Source: Candidatus Magasanikbacteria bacterium RIFCSPHIGHO2_01_FULL_33_34 (GTDB taxonomy: Bacteria; Patescibacteriota; Patescibacteriia; Magasanikbacterales; UBA922). From it: a stretch of DNA of 41,112 nt. Every line of letters starts with the position of its first letter. Position 1 is the first letter of the stretch. The notes under the pieces were generated by a model. It ran no database searches. It saw only the letters and a list, made by a program, of their open reading frames with translations, and was not told the DNA's origin. Made by a program: the position numbers and the translations under genes. The DNA is taken from the NCBI GenBank assembly GCA_001782825.1, contig MFPS01000002.1, positions 1 to 41,112 of the forward strand. The letters run 5' to 3'. This document shows, piece by piece, positions 1 through 9,698 of the stretch.

Positions 1-1
1 T

Positions 2-2617
2 TATCAAACTTCTAATGTATTGGTTGATGGTGTATCTCAAGGAGTTGTTTCTAGTTATACTTTTTCAAATGTAACTGCTAATCATACAATTTCAGCTGAA
101 TTTGTAGTCAATACACCAACAGAAGGTACATTTGAGATAGACAATCAATTCATTACAGGATTACAAAATCCAACTGCTATGGCTTTTGCACCAGACGGTA
201 GATTATTCGTAACTGAACAAGCTGGAGCAGTACGCATTATTACACCAGAAGGACAACTACTCCCTACTCCGTTTTTAGTAACGACTAATATGAGAAGTGA
301 CGAAGAACGTGGATTATTGGGGATTGCTTTTGATCCTGATTTTGTTAACAACAACTATATCTACATTTTCTATACAGAAAATTCGTTGGGTGCTCGTCTT
401 AGTCGTTTTACAGCCAACGGAAATACTGTTGTACCAAATAGCGAATTGATATTGCTTGAATATTATAATATTTCAGGTAACCACAGAGGTGGAGATATTC
501 ATTTTGGACCTGATGGCAAACTCTATCTATCTCTTGGTGATGCCGGTGAACCACTTAACTCCCAATTAGTAACAAACTATGACGGAAAAATTTTAAGGTT
601 AAATAGTGATGGTACTATTCCAAATGATAATCCTACTAGCTTTGTCAATACATCCGGACAAACTCTTACTCCTGTAGGTCAATATCGTGCTATTTGGGCT
701 TTTGGTTTACGAAACCCATACCGTTTTTCTTTTGATTCAAATACTGGAAAAATGCATATAAACGATGTTGGTGCTGGGGCATGGGAGGAAGTCAATGTTG
801 GTCAAGCTGGTATAAATTATGGTTGGCCAACCTGTGAAGGAATGTGTTCTAACCAATATGCTCAAAATCCAATATATGTACATGAACGTGGTATTGAAGG
901 ATGTGCTATCACTGGAGGTGCTTTCTATACTGGAAACCAATTCCCTGCAACTTACACCGATAATTACTTTATTATTGATTACTGTAGCACATGGATCAGA
1001 TACTTAGACACCAGTAATACTTTTTACACTTTTCCACTGTCAATTCCTCAATTTTCAGTTGACCTAAAAACAGGCCCTGACGGAAGTCTTTATGTAGCCG
1101 GTCATGGATCTGGTATAATATCAAAAATTACATTCGTAGGTAGTGGATCTAATCAAAACCCTGTAGCCCAAGCAAATGTTAGTCCAATTTCAGGAGAAGT
1201 ACCTCTAAATGTCAATTTTGATGGCTCAACCTCTACTGACCCAGATGGCGATCAATTAACCTACACTTGGGATTTTGGTGATGGGATTACTAGCAACAGT
1301 GTTATAACTACTCACACTTACACTATTGGTGGTTCTTACAATGGCAGTTTGACTGTAGATGACGGCCAGGGCGGATCTGATATTGTCAATTTTACTATCA
1401 TGGCTGGATCTACACCAATCGCAGATATCACCCTTCCAGATGGAGGAACATTCTATACTGCAGGCGACACAATCAATTTTTCTGGTGTTGCTACTGATCC
1501 TGACGATGGCGTATTACCGGCTAGCGCTTATAGCTGGACAGTTCTATTCCATCATGATCAACACACACATCCTCATCTTGGTCCGATTAATGGTATTACA
1601 AATGGCTCATTTGACATTCCAACCTTTGGTCATACAGAAGATAATGTATTCTATAGAATATATCTCACTGTTACTGATTCTTCTGGACTACAAACAACAG
1701 TTACTCGCGATGTAATGCCGATAAAAGCAAATATAACTATTGACTCCAATATTCCTGGTACAGAAATTCTTCTCGATGGCCAACCACAAACTACACCTTA
1801 TACCTTTGTCGGAGTTGCCGGAGTACAAAGAACTATAGGCGTAACATCACCACAAACTATTAGTGGACAAGGTTATCAATTTGATACATGGTCAGATGGA
1901 GGTTCAGAAAGCCATATGATTATTACCCCAAATACTAATACAACTTACACTGTCAACATGGTAGAACAAACTATACCAAGCGTACCACCACCTACTATAT
2001 ATTGGAAATTTGATAATAATGTTACGGAATCAATAAATAATATAACAACCGTAGGCCGTGGTTCTATTAGATATAGTACAGATGTTGCACCTATCAATAA
2101 TCCTAACTCAGCATCTCTAACATTTAATGGTGCGACTGGTACATATTTAGCAACAAATGGTTCACAAATTATTAATGGATGGACAGAAGGTAGTACTTCT
2201 GTATGGGTAAAGATTACTGACACTGTAGCAAATTCTTGGTCTACTGGTAGCTATCATGCCTTGCTTTTCAAATATGGCATTCTTCAAACACGAATTCTAA
2301 AAGATTCTACTGGCCTAAAATTTGTAGCCTCTCACAGTAATGGTTCCCCATTTGGTAATCATATTGTATCCACAACCTCAATCCCAACTAATACTTGGGT
2401 AAATCTAGTAACAGTTCACCAAGGGACAAATTTAAATCTATATATAAATGGTCAATTAGCTGGCAGTGGTAATACTACTAATAGTCTAGGTGGATCAAGT
2501 ACAGATGGTTTAGATATCATTGGTCACGGTGGAAATTACTCAGGTTTATTAGATGATTTGAGATTATACAACATAGCCTTATCACCATCTCAAGTACAAC
2601 AACTACCACTTCAATAA
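2..2617 (+). CDS. Large extracellular protein, 5'-truncated by window edge: bacterial repeat domain remnant + PQQ-dependent glucose/sorbosone dehydrogenase-like beta-propeller + PKD domain + Ig-like domains + C-terminal LamG/ConA-like domain
   Basis: Frame is open from base 2 (YQTSNVLVDG...), so the true start lies outside the window. GSDH motifs PTAMAFAPDGRLFV, ERGLLGIAFDPDF, NHRGGDIHFGPDGKLY, GLRNPYRFSFD; PKD motif YTWDFGDG; LamG motifs WVNLVTV, LYING, GLLDDLRLYNIALS. Confidence 0.85.
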   Translation, partial: YQTSNVLVDGVSQGVVSSYTFSNVTANHTISAEFVVNTPTEGTFEIDNQFITGLQNPTAMAFAPDGRLFVTEQAGAVRIITPEGQLLPTPFLVTTNMRSDEERGLLGIAFDPDFVNNNYIYIFYTENSLGARLSRFTANGNTVVPNSELILLEYYNISGNHRGGDIHFGPDGKLYLSLGDAGEPLNSQLVTNYDGKILRLNSDGTIPNDNPTSFVNTSGQTLTPVGQYRAIWAFGLRNPYRFSFDSNTGKMHINDVGAGAWEEVNVGQAGINYGWPTCEGMCSNQYAQNPIYVHERGIEGCAITGGAFYTGNQFPATYTDNYFIIDYCSTWIRYLDTSNTFYTFPLSIPQFSVDLKTGPDGSLYVAGHGSGIISKITFVGSGSNQNPVAQANVSPISGEVPLNVNFDGSTSTDPDGDQLTYTWDFGDGITSNSVITTHTYTIGGSYNGSLTVDDGQGGSDIVNFTIMAGSTPIADITLPDGGTFYTAGDTINFSGVATDPDDGVLPASAYSWTVLFHHDQHTHPHLGPINGITNGSFDIPTFGHTEDNVFYRIYLTVTDSSGLQTTVTRDVMPIKANITIDSNIPGTEILLDGQPQTTPYTFVGVAGVQRTIGVTSPQTISGQGYQFDTWSDGGSESHMIITPNTNTTYTVNMVEQTIPSVPPPTIYWKFDNNVTESINNITTVGRGSIRYSTDVAPINNPNSASLTFNGATGTYLATNGSQIINGWTEGSTSVWVKITDTVANSWSTGSYHALLFKYGILQTRILKDSTGLKFVASHSNGSPFGNHIVSTTSIPTNTWVNLVTVHQGTNLNLYINGQLAGSGNTTNSLGGSSTDGLDIIGHGGNYSGLLDDLRLYNIALSPSQVQQLPLQ

Positions 2618-2636
2618 AGTTTAAACATAAACTTTT

Positions 2637-2669
2637 AAAATAATCCTAATAAAATTAGGATTATTTTTT
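2637..2669. terminator. Intrinsic terminator hairpin (possibly bidirectional)
   Basis: AAAA-TAATCCTAAT-AAA-ATTAGGATTA-TTTTTT just after the stop of the first ORF. Confidence 0.75.
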
Positions 2670-2740
2670 ATTTAATTAAAACACAAAGCTCACTTGACAT
2701 AAATTATTATTGATAATAACCTACAATAGAGGAGGTTACT

Positions 2741-3043
2741 ATGCGTACAAAATTTATAATCATCAGTCTATTTTTGTTAGCAATTGCTATCATTTTTGAC
2801 ACTGTTTCAACCTTTGTTTTTTCCTTTAAACCAAACTTTTCAGAAAAAAACCCAAATATGAGCTGGTGGCTTGAACAAGGATCATATTATTTTATAGCAA
2901 TAAAGTTACTACAACAATTTGTTTCTCTTTTACTACTATGGCTTGCGAGAAAACACAAATATATACCTATTGTAACTTTTTTTCTATTACTAATACACGC
3001 ATATATTGTATTTCTACATATACAACTTTGGCAAAAATTTTAA
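2741..3043 (+). CDS. Small multi-pass membrane protein, DUF5658-like
   Basis: Three hydrophobic segments; D-x-x-S-T...E-x-N-P-x-M...K pattern resembles DUF5658; GGAGG at 2731-2735 before the ATG. Confidence 0.6.
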   Translation: MRTKFIIISLFLLAIAIIFDTVSTFVFSFKPNFSEKNPNMSWWLEQGSYYFIAIKLLQQFVSLLLLWLARKHKYIPIVTFFLLLIHAYIVFLHIQLWQKF

Positions 3044-3053
3044 CCAAAGTAAC

Positions 3054-3082
3054 AAAAAATACCCCGCTCACAAGCGGGGTAT
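3054..3082 (-). terminator. Intrinsic terminator between convergent genes
   Basis: ATACCCCGCT-CACA-AGCGGGGTAT with an A-run on the left (U-tract on the minus strand). Confidence 0.75.
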
Positions 3083-3093
3083 CAAATATATTA

Positions 3094-3597
3094 TTAATGT
3101 ATTTTCCATTGTCTAGCAAACAAATCAGTAAGCGGTTCAGTTTCTTTTTCAAAATCTTCTTCTAAAAATACAGTCATAGCTTCTCTTATATCCAATGGAT
3201 CTTGATCTAAAAGAGGAATTCTGAGTAATGGTCTGATTCCACTTTTTGGTTGGATAAATAAAGTTTTTATTTCTGGTGGCTGATAAATAATATAAAAACT
3301 CTCTAACTCAGAATATTTATAAAATCTATTACCCAATACCACACCAAGCTCTGTTATACTAAATAAAACTTGTGCAGGCTCTTGGTATGATTGAATAAAC
3401 AAGATAATCGCCGACAAAACAATAATCAATGAAAACAAAAAATTATTTGACAAAAATCCATATATAACCAAAATCATGCCAACAGTAATCATAAAAATAT
3501 ACCAAAATAAACCTCTTTGGTGTCTATCAAATTCTTGGACAGTCCACTCATACGCTACATCACCTGTGATACTATTTTCTCTTAATATTTCTGGCAT
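3094..3597 (-). CDS. Hypothetical two-TM membrane protein with soluble C-terminal domain
   Basis: 167-aa ORF; W-x-x-x-E...W N-terminus, TM hairpin; sigma70-like promoter upstream and terminator downstream. Confidence 0.7.
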   Translation of the reverse strand: MPEILRENSITGDVAYEWTVQEFDRHQRGLFWYIFMITVGMILVIYGFLSNNFLFSLIIVLSAIILFIQSYQEPAQVLFSITELGVVLGNRFYKYSELESFYIIYQPPEIKTLFIQPKSGIRPLLRIPLLDQDPLDIREAMTVFLEEDFEKETEPLTDLFARQWKIH

Positions 3598-3660
3598 ATT
3601 TATTTATTTTTTCTACATATATTATACCATAAAAGGCAAAATTGATACAAGAATAAAACC

Positions 3661-3689
3661 TTGATTATTGATTATTTTTAGCATATACT
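3661..3689 (+). promoter_or_regulatory. Sigma70-type promoter predicting a leaderless LCP mRNA
   Basis: TTGATT(3661-3666)-17 nt-TATACT(3684-3689); ATG 7 nt downstream. Confidence 0.65.
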
Positions 3690-3696
3690 ATATCAC

Positions 3697-5223
3697 ATGT
3701 TAGAAGAATATAATAAACCAAGAAAGACGGATAATATCGAAAAAAAACCGTTAAATTTTCTTGACACAAATACAAATAATCCAGAAAAACCTGCCAAAAA
3801 AAACAAAAAAAGTTTTTTTATTTTAGCTATCTTTATTATATTATTTTCCATATTAATAATCAGAACTTTCTCTTCTCCAGCAATATCTGAAAATCCTTAT
3901 GAATACGATCCAATTACACTAGAACCAAACAAACCAGACAATATTCTAAAAAGAATAACAAATTTTGTCTTTAAACGACAGACCGACTTAGTTGGCAAAA
4001 AAGATGACCGTATAAATATACTTTTACTCGGTATGGGTGGTCCTGGACACAATGGCCCATACTTGACAGATACTATAATTACTGTCAGTATAAAACCATC
4101 TACTGGTCATATAGCTATGATTTCTATTCCACGAGACTTGGGAGTTGATATTCCAGACTATGGCAAACAAAAAATCAATCACGCCAATGCTTATGGTGAG
4201 GCAAAGCAAGAAGGTGCTGGAGCTATATACGCCACAAAAGTTATTGAAGATACTTTTGATATCACAATCCCCTATTATGTAAGAGTAGATTTTCAGGCTT
4301 TTAAAGAAATAATTGATAATGTCGGTGGAGTTAAAATTGATGTTGAAACAAGTTTTACTGACCATGAATTTCCAGCTCCAAATGACGAATATCGTTCTTT
4401 GACTTTTGTAAAAGGTGTACAAACAATGGACGGCGAAAGAGCTCTGCAATATGCTAGATCACGCCACGGAAACAACGGAGAAGGTTCTGATTTTGCCAGA
4501 GCCAAAAGACAACAAAAAGTAATCCTTGCACTCAAAGAAAAAATATTATCATTTCAAACCTTATCTAATCCAATCAGAATTAGTAAAATTATAAAATCTC
4601 TTGGAAACCACATTAACACAAATATTGAATTTTCAAGTATGATTTCACTGTTAAAAATTGGTCGATCAATTGATTTAAAAAATATAATTACATTAGTATT
4701 TGATATACAAGATAATAAATTTTTAGAAAGTAGCTACACACCTGAAGGAGCATATATACTAAGTCCAGTAACGGGTAATTTTGACGCAATGAAAGATGCT
4801 ATAAAAAATATTTTTGATAACAATAGTATTGCAGACACAACCCCATCTCAAGACACACCTGCGCCAGAATCCATAAATATTATTGTAGAAAAAGAAAATA
4901 CAAATATAACTGAAACAAAAGAATCCAATCAAAATAAAGATGCGATAGAAATCCAAAATGGAACTTGGCGCGCTGGTCTGGCTTCTAGAGTACAGAATAA
5001 ATTGACTGATTATGATATAATTGTGGAAGAAATTGGTAATACCCAGACACGACCAATAGCTGAAAGTGGATTATACATAATATCAAATATTTCTGATACA
5101 AAGATAATTGAACAAATTCAAACAACCTTAAATATACCCCTTAAAAAAGAAATTCCAGAAAATGAATCTATAGTGAGTAGTACAAAAATATTAATTATTT
5201 TAGGTGAAGATTTTGAAGAATAA
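3697..5223 (+). CDS. LCP (LytR-CpsA-Psr) family glycopolymer transferase with LytR_C domain
   Basis: N-terminal TM; INILLLG, TDTI, SIPRD, KINHA, ALQYARSRH, SDFARAKRQQ; C-terminal IEIQNGT..GLA and IILG. Confidence 0.92.
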   Translation: MLEEYNKPRKTDNIEKKPLNFLDTNTNNPEKPAKKNKKSFFILAIFIILFSILIIRTFSSPAISENPYEYDPITLEPNKPDNILKRITNFVFKRQTDLVGKKDDRINILLLGMGGPGHNGPYLTDTIITVSIKPSTGHIAMISIPRDLGVDIPDYGKQKINHANAYGEAKQEGAGAIYATKVIEDTFDITIPYYVRVDFQAFKEIIDNVGGVKIDVETSFTDHEFPAPNDEYRSLTFVKGVQTMDGERALQYARSRHGNNGEGSDFARAKRQQKVILALKEKILSFQTLSNPIRISKIIKSLGNHINTNIEFSSMISLLKIGRSIDLKNIITLVFDIQDNKFLESSYTPEGAYILSPVTGNFDAMKDAIKNIFDNNSIADTTPSQDTPAPESINIIVEKENTNITETKESNQNKDAIEIQNGTWRAGLASRVQNKLTDYDIIVEEIGNTQTRPIAESGLYIISNISDTKIIEQIQTTLNIPLKKEIPENESIVSSTKILIILGEDFEE

Positions 5224-5251
5224 AATTATATAAAAAATTTATTTAAATTAT

Positions 5252-6640
5252 ATGGATAATGTAGAACAAGAAATAGACAATCTACCGATAATTGCTATCG
5301 TTGGAAGAGTGAATGTAGGAAAATCAACTTTTTTTAATAAATTAATTGAAAAAGATAAAGCTATCACTTCAACAATTCCTGGCACCACTAGAACCAATAA
5401 TGAAGGTACTGTTTTGTGGAACGGAAAATATTTTAGATTAATTGATACTGGTGGTTTAACTTTTGATGATAATATTGAACTAGAAAGCGACATACTCAAA
5501 CAAAGCCAAAGAGCAATGAAGGAAGCCGACGCAATAATATTCATGATTGATGCCAAAACTGATATTATGCCCCAAGAAAAAGAATTGGCAAAATATATAC
5601 GCAGAATTGAATCAAAACCAGTTATTCTAGTGGCCAACAAAGTAGACAACAAAAGAATTGAGATGCAATCACTATCTGGAGAATGGTACAAACTTGGCTT
5701 AGGTGAACCATTCAAAATTTCTTCTTCTAGTGGTAGAAGTATTGGGGATTTACTAGACCACATCTTTAATATTTTACAAAAATCAAAAAAAAGACCAAAA
5801 AAAGAAAAAAAGAAAGAATCCATAAAAGTAAGTATAATTGGCAAGCCAAATGTTGGAAAATCATCATTATTCAACAAAATGATAGGAGAAGACAAAGTAA
5901 TTGTCAGTGAACTAGCCCACACTACTCGCGAACCATTTGATACAGATATTATCTATAAATATACAAGTGATAAAAAAACTATTTCACAAAATATAACCTT
6001 TATTGATACTGCTGGAATTAGACGCAAGACAAAAGTAACTGGAGAATTAGAAAGAAAAGGTATTGGCAAAAGTATTAGAATACTAGAAGAAAGTGATATT
6101 ATACTTTTTGTAATTGATGCAAATGAAATTATTTCTAGTCAAGATATGCAACTTGGAGGACTCATTGAAAAACGCGCAAAAAGTGTAATTATCCTAATAA
6201 ATAAATGGGATTTATCAGACGACAACACTGACACAAAACGACATATGGTTGAAAAAATGGTTTATTCACATTTTCCTCACATCGATTTCGCACCACTGGT
6301 TTTTGTAAGTGGTAAAACTGGTTATAGTGTACACAAAATAATGCCCTTAATAATCAGAGCATGGCAAACACGCCATATAATCGTACCAGTTAAAGCACTA
6401 GAACATTTTATAAAAGAAACTACTCATGAACACAGACCTTCACGCGGTAAAGGTACAAGACACCCAAAAATTGTCGGCATAAGACAAATAGACAGTAATC
6501 CACCCGTACTAGAATTAGCAATCAAACACAGAACTTCCCTACATTATTCTTATGTAAACTTTATAAAAAACAAACTACGTGAACAATTTGATTTCTTTGC
6601 ATCGCCTATTATCATTAAACTAAGAAAAATGAAAAGATAA
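5252..6640 (+). CDS. der: Ribosome biogenesis GTPase Der (EngA)
   Basis: Two GTPase domains (GRVNVGKS/DTGG/NKVD and GKPNVGKS/DTAG/NKWD) plus KH-like C-terminus. Confidence 0.95.
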   Translation: MDNVEQEIDNLPIIAIVGRVNVGKSTFFNKLIEKDKAITSTIPGTTRTNNEGTVLWNGKYFRLIDTGGLTFDDNIELESDILKQSQRAMKEADAIIFMIDAKTDIMPQEKELAKYIRRIESKPVILVANKVDNKRIEMQSLSGEWYKLGLGEPFKISSSSGRSIGDLLDHIFNILQKSKKRPKKEKKKESIKVSIIGKPNVGKSSLFNKMIGEDKVIVSELAHTTREPFDTDIIYKYTSDKKTISQNITFIDTAGIRRKTKVTGELERKGIGKSIRILEESDIILFVIDANEIISSQDMQLGGLIEKRAKSVIILINKWDLSDDNTDTKRHMVEKMVYSHFPHIDFAPLVFVSGKTGYSVHKIMPLIIRAWQTRHIIVPVKALEHFIKETTHEHRPSRGKGTRHPKIVGIRQIDSNPPVLELAIKHRTSLHYSYVNFIKNKLREQFDFFASPIIIKLRKMKR

Positions 6641-6650
6641 TAAATATCTT

Positions 6651-7193
6651 ATGAAATTAATAGTTGGTCTAGGAAACCCCGGAAAAAAATATGAAAAGAC
6701 ACGCCACAATGTTGGCTTTATGGTTTTAGATTATCTAAAAAAAAATTTATCTAAATATAATATAGGTTCTTGGGAATTAAGTAAAAAATTTAATGCTGAA
6801 ATCTGTGGATGTGTCATAAATAATGAAAAAATAATATTAGCAAAACCAATGACATTTATGAATCATTCTGGTCAATCCATCCAACTTATTGCTAATTTTT
6901 ATAATATAACCCCAGAAAATATTATCGTAGCGCATGATGACAAAGACTTGATTCTAGGACAATTAAAAATACAAATTAATCGTGGACATGCTGGACACAA
7001 TGGAATAAAATCAATAATTGAACACATAAAAAGTCAAAATTTTCACCGTATAAGAGTTGGTATAGCCTCTACTAATGAAAATAAAATGAAAAATATTTCA
7101 AAATTTGTTTTGAATAAATTTAGTTTATTTGAAAAACGTAATCTAGAAAAAATGATAGATACAGCAACTAAAGAAATACTAAATTTGGTATAA
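6651..7193 (+). CDS. pth: Peptidyl-tRNA hydrolase
   Basis: LIVGLGNPG, TRHNVGF, KPMTFMN, HDD, GHNG. Confidence 0.96.
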   Translation: MKLIVGLGNPGKKYEKTRHNVGFMVLDYLKKNLSKYNIGSWELSKKFNAEICGCVINNEKIILAKPMTFMNHSGQSIQLIANFYNITPENIIVAHDDKDLILGQLKIQINRGHAGHNGIKSIIEHIKSQNFHRIRVGIASTNENKMKNISKFVLNKFSLFEKRNLEKMIDTATKEILNLV

Positions 7194-7270
7194 ATTAATA
7201 AAACAATATAAACTTTTACACACAACAAGTTTATATATTTTCATATCAATAAAGCAAAAACTAGCTAATT

Positions 7271-8353
7271 ATGAAAAAAGAAATACTTTTTGCGCATTAC
7301 CCAAAAGCAAATGTAAAACGCTACCATGAATTATTGGGAGCTTTTTCAAATTTGGACAATGCTTGGAATGCTCAATTTTCTGATTTTAAAATTCTTGGGT
7401 GGAAAGACTCCACTATAAATGATTTTCTTGATTGGAAAAAAACTATAGACGAAGATAAATTAATCAATACTTTAGAATCAGAACAAATCAAATGTATAAC
7501 CAGGGAAGATGATGATTATCCATCCCTATTAAAAAATATTTATGATCCACCATTCTGTTTATTTGTCAAAGGTAGTCTAAAAAATATAACCTATCCTTTA
7601 GCTATTGTGGGCCCAAGAAAATATAGTACCTATGGTAAACAAATGGCCCAAGATTTTGCTTCTAACCTTGCCAAAGCTGGTTTTAGTATAATTAGTGGAT
7701 TAGCGCTCGGAATTGATGGCATAGCCCACTCTTCTGCGCTTGACATTGGTGGCAAAACTAGTGCAGTCCTTGGCTGTGGTATAAACAAAAATAACATATA
7801 TCCATCATGCCACAAGCAACTCTCCGAAAAAATTATTGCATCCGGAGGAGCATTAATATCAGAATATCCACCAAATACTCTACCAAATAAATATACATTC
7901 CCTATGAGAAATCGCATTGTAGCTGGTATAAGCCTCGGAACTCTTGTGATTGAAGGAGCTGAAAAATCAGGCGCGCTCATTACTGCTCAATGTACCCTTG
8001 ATTATGGTCGTGAAATATTTGCTATACCCCAAAATATAACCTCCCCCACTTCCACTGGCGTAAATAAATTACTAAAAACTGGAGCGCACTTTGTTACAGA
8101 AACAAAAGATATCATTGAAATACTAAACCTATCAGAAATTCTTGAAGTCACAAAGACCATTGACAACTCTGTAGACAGTCATAGTACTGATAATAAAATA
8201 CTATCTACAATGTCCAAAGAACCAATGCATATAGACATAATAGTAAAAAAAACTGGACTAAATAGTCACACAGTCAGCAGTACTCTTGCGCTATTAGAAT
8301 TATCTGGTAAAATACGAAATTTAGGGTCTATGATGTTTGTAATCTCAATATAA
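7271..8353 (+). CDS. dprA: DNA-processing protein DprA (Smf)
   Basis: YPSLLKNIYDPP, IISGLALGIDGIAH, FPMRNRIVAG, SGALITA; C-terminal winged helix. Confidence 0.95.
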   Translation: MKKEILFAHYPKANVKRYHELLGAFSNLDNAWNAQFSDFKILGWKDSTINDFLDWKKTIDEDKLINTLESEQIKCITREDDDYPSLLKNIYDPPFCLFVKGSLKNITYPLAIVGPRKYSTYGKQMAQDFASNLAKAGFSIISGLALGIDGIAHSSALDIGGKTSAVLGCGINKNNIYPSCHKQLSEKIIASGGALISEYPPNTLPNKYTFPMRNRIVAGISLGTLVIEGAEKSGALITAQCTLDYGREIFAIPQNITSPTSTGVNKLLKTGAHFVTETKDIIEILNLSEILEVTKTIDNSVDSHSTDNKILSTMSKEPMHIDIIVKKTGLNSHTVSSTLALLELSGKIRNLGSMMFVISI

Positions 8354-8356
8354 TAT

Positions 8357-9682
8357 ATGAACTTTTTAGAAGCAGAACAATTTTTGTTATCCCTCAGAAA
8401 TATACCCAGAAAAGACTTTATTAAAAAAAATAAAAACTGTCAAATATGTTTAGATAGACTAAACTATTTTTTGTCATTTTTAGGCAATCCCCAAAACAAA
8501 ATTCCTCATTATATACATATAACCGGTACAAGTGGTAAAGGTTCACTTACAACTTATTTACATTCAATTTTACACACCGCTGGTAAAAAAGTTGGAAGTA
8601 CCCAATCACCTCACCCCACTAAAATCACCGAGCATTGGAAAGTTGCTACAAAAAATATGACTGATAAAGAATTTGTAAATATAGTAAAAATAATCAAAGT
8701 AGCGCTTGAAAAATATATATCTTCTAATAAATATGACATAATATCATATTCTGAAGTTCTTACAGCTATCGGTTTATTATTTTTTTATCAAAAAAATGTT
8801 GAATGGGCAATAATAGAGGTGGGGCTTGGAGGTAGATATGACTCAACCAATATAATTCCAAACAAAGATATTGCAATTATTACAAATATTGGGCTTGATC
8901 ATGAAAAATCAATTGGGCCAACAAAAAAAGCTATAACTTACGAAAAATCAGGTATCATAAAACCAAATACAAAAATATTTACCATGGTATCAGATACAAA
9001 ATTATTAAATATAATAAACAATGAATGCAAAAAAAATATAGCTGATATTAAAATAATCAAAAAAAATAATTTTAAAATAATTAATTTTTCTATAAATAAA
9101 ACACAATTTAACTATCTAGATAATGAATATGTACTTACTACACCAGGAATTCACCAAATAAATAATGCATTAATTGCAATTGAAGTCTCAAAATACCTAA
9201 ATATACCTATAAACACTATTAAAAAAGGTCTAGCCAATACCAAACAAATATTGAGATTAGAATTGTTTTATAAAAACCAAATTATTCTAGACGGTGCTCA
9301 CAATAAAGATAAAATGAAATCAACCGTAGACTTTATAAAAAAAATCAATGAAAAAAATGAAAAAAATATTCATATATTAATAGGTTTTTCTGAAAATAAA
9401 AAATATAAACAAATGATTAAAATGATTTTGGATCTGAACCCAAAATCTATAGCTATTTCTAGAAATACAAATAATCCTTTTAGAAAAGTAGCCAGTCCAA
9501 TTGATATAAAAAAAGAATGTAATAAAAAAAATACAAACAATACTCTACATGTTTTTGTAGATCCAGAAAAAGCTTTAGATTGGTCAATGAAAAAAATAAA
9601 AAAAAATGATATACTACTAATCACCGGATCAATCTTTCTCAGTGGTCAAATAAGACCATTATTGACAAAAATGAAATTATAG
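8357..9682 (+). CDS. folC: FolC-like Mur-ligase family protein (folylpolyglutamate/dihydrofolate synthase homolog)
   Basis: HITGTSGKGS P-loop, EVGLGGRYDSTN, ITNIGLDH, LDGAHN, ITGSIF; some motifs diverged. Confidence 0.8.
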   Translation: MNFLEAEQFLLSLRNIPRKDFIKKNKNCQICLDRLNYFLSFLGNPQNKIPHYIHITGTSGKGSLTTYLHSILHTAGKKVGSTQSPHPTKITEHWKVATKNMTDKEFVNIVKIIKVALEKYISSNKYDIISYSEVLTAIGLLFFYQKNVEWAIIEVGLGGRYDSTNIIPNKDIAIITNIGLDHEKSIGPTKKAITYEKSGIIKPNTKIFTMVSDTKLLNIINNECKKNIADIKIIKKNNFKIINFSINKTQFNYLDNEYVLTTPGIHQINNALIAIEVSKYLNIPINTIKKGLANTKQILRLELFYKNQIILDGAHNKDKMKSTVDFIKKINEKNEKNIHILIGFSENKKYKQMIKMILDLNPKSIAISRNTNNPFRKVASPIDIKKECNKKNTNNTLHVFVDPEKALDWSMKKIKKNDILLITGSIFLSGQIRPLLTKMKL

Positions 9683-9690
9683 GCTAGAGT
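9662..9690 (+). promoter_or_regulatory. Putative topA promoter overlapping the folC 3' end (near-leaderless)
   Basis: TTGACA(9662-9667)-17 nt-TAGAGT(9685-9690); ATG 8 nt later. Confidence 0.5.
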
Positions 9691-9698
9691 AAAAAAAT

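Noticed and set aside
2694-2727. Promoter for the 2741 gene (TTGACA at 2694)
   Set aside because: Candidate -10 hexamers are at 12 or 22 nt spacing, so it is not called.
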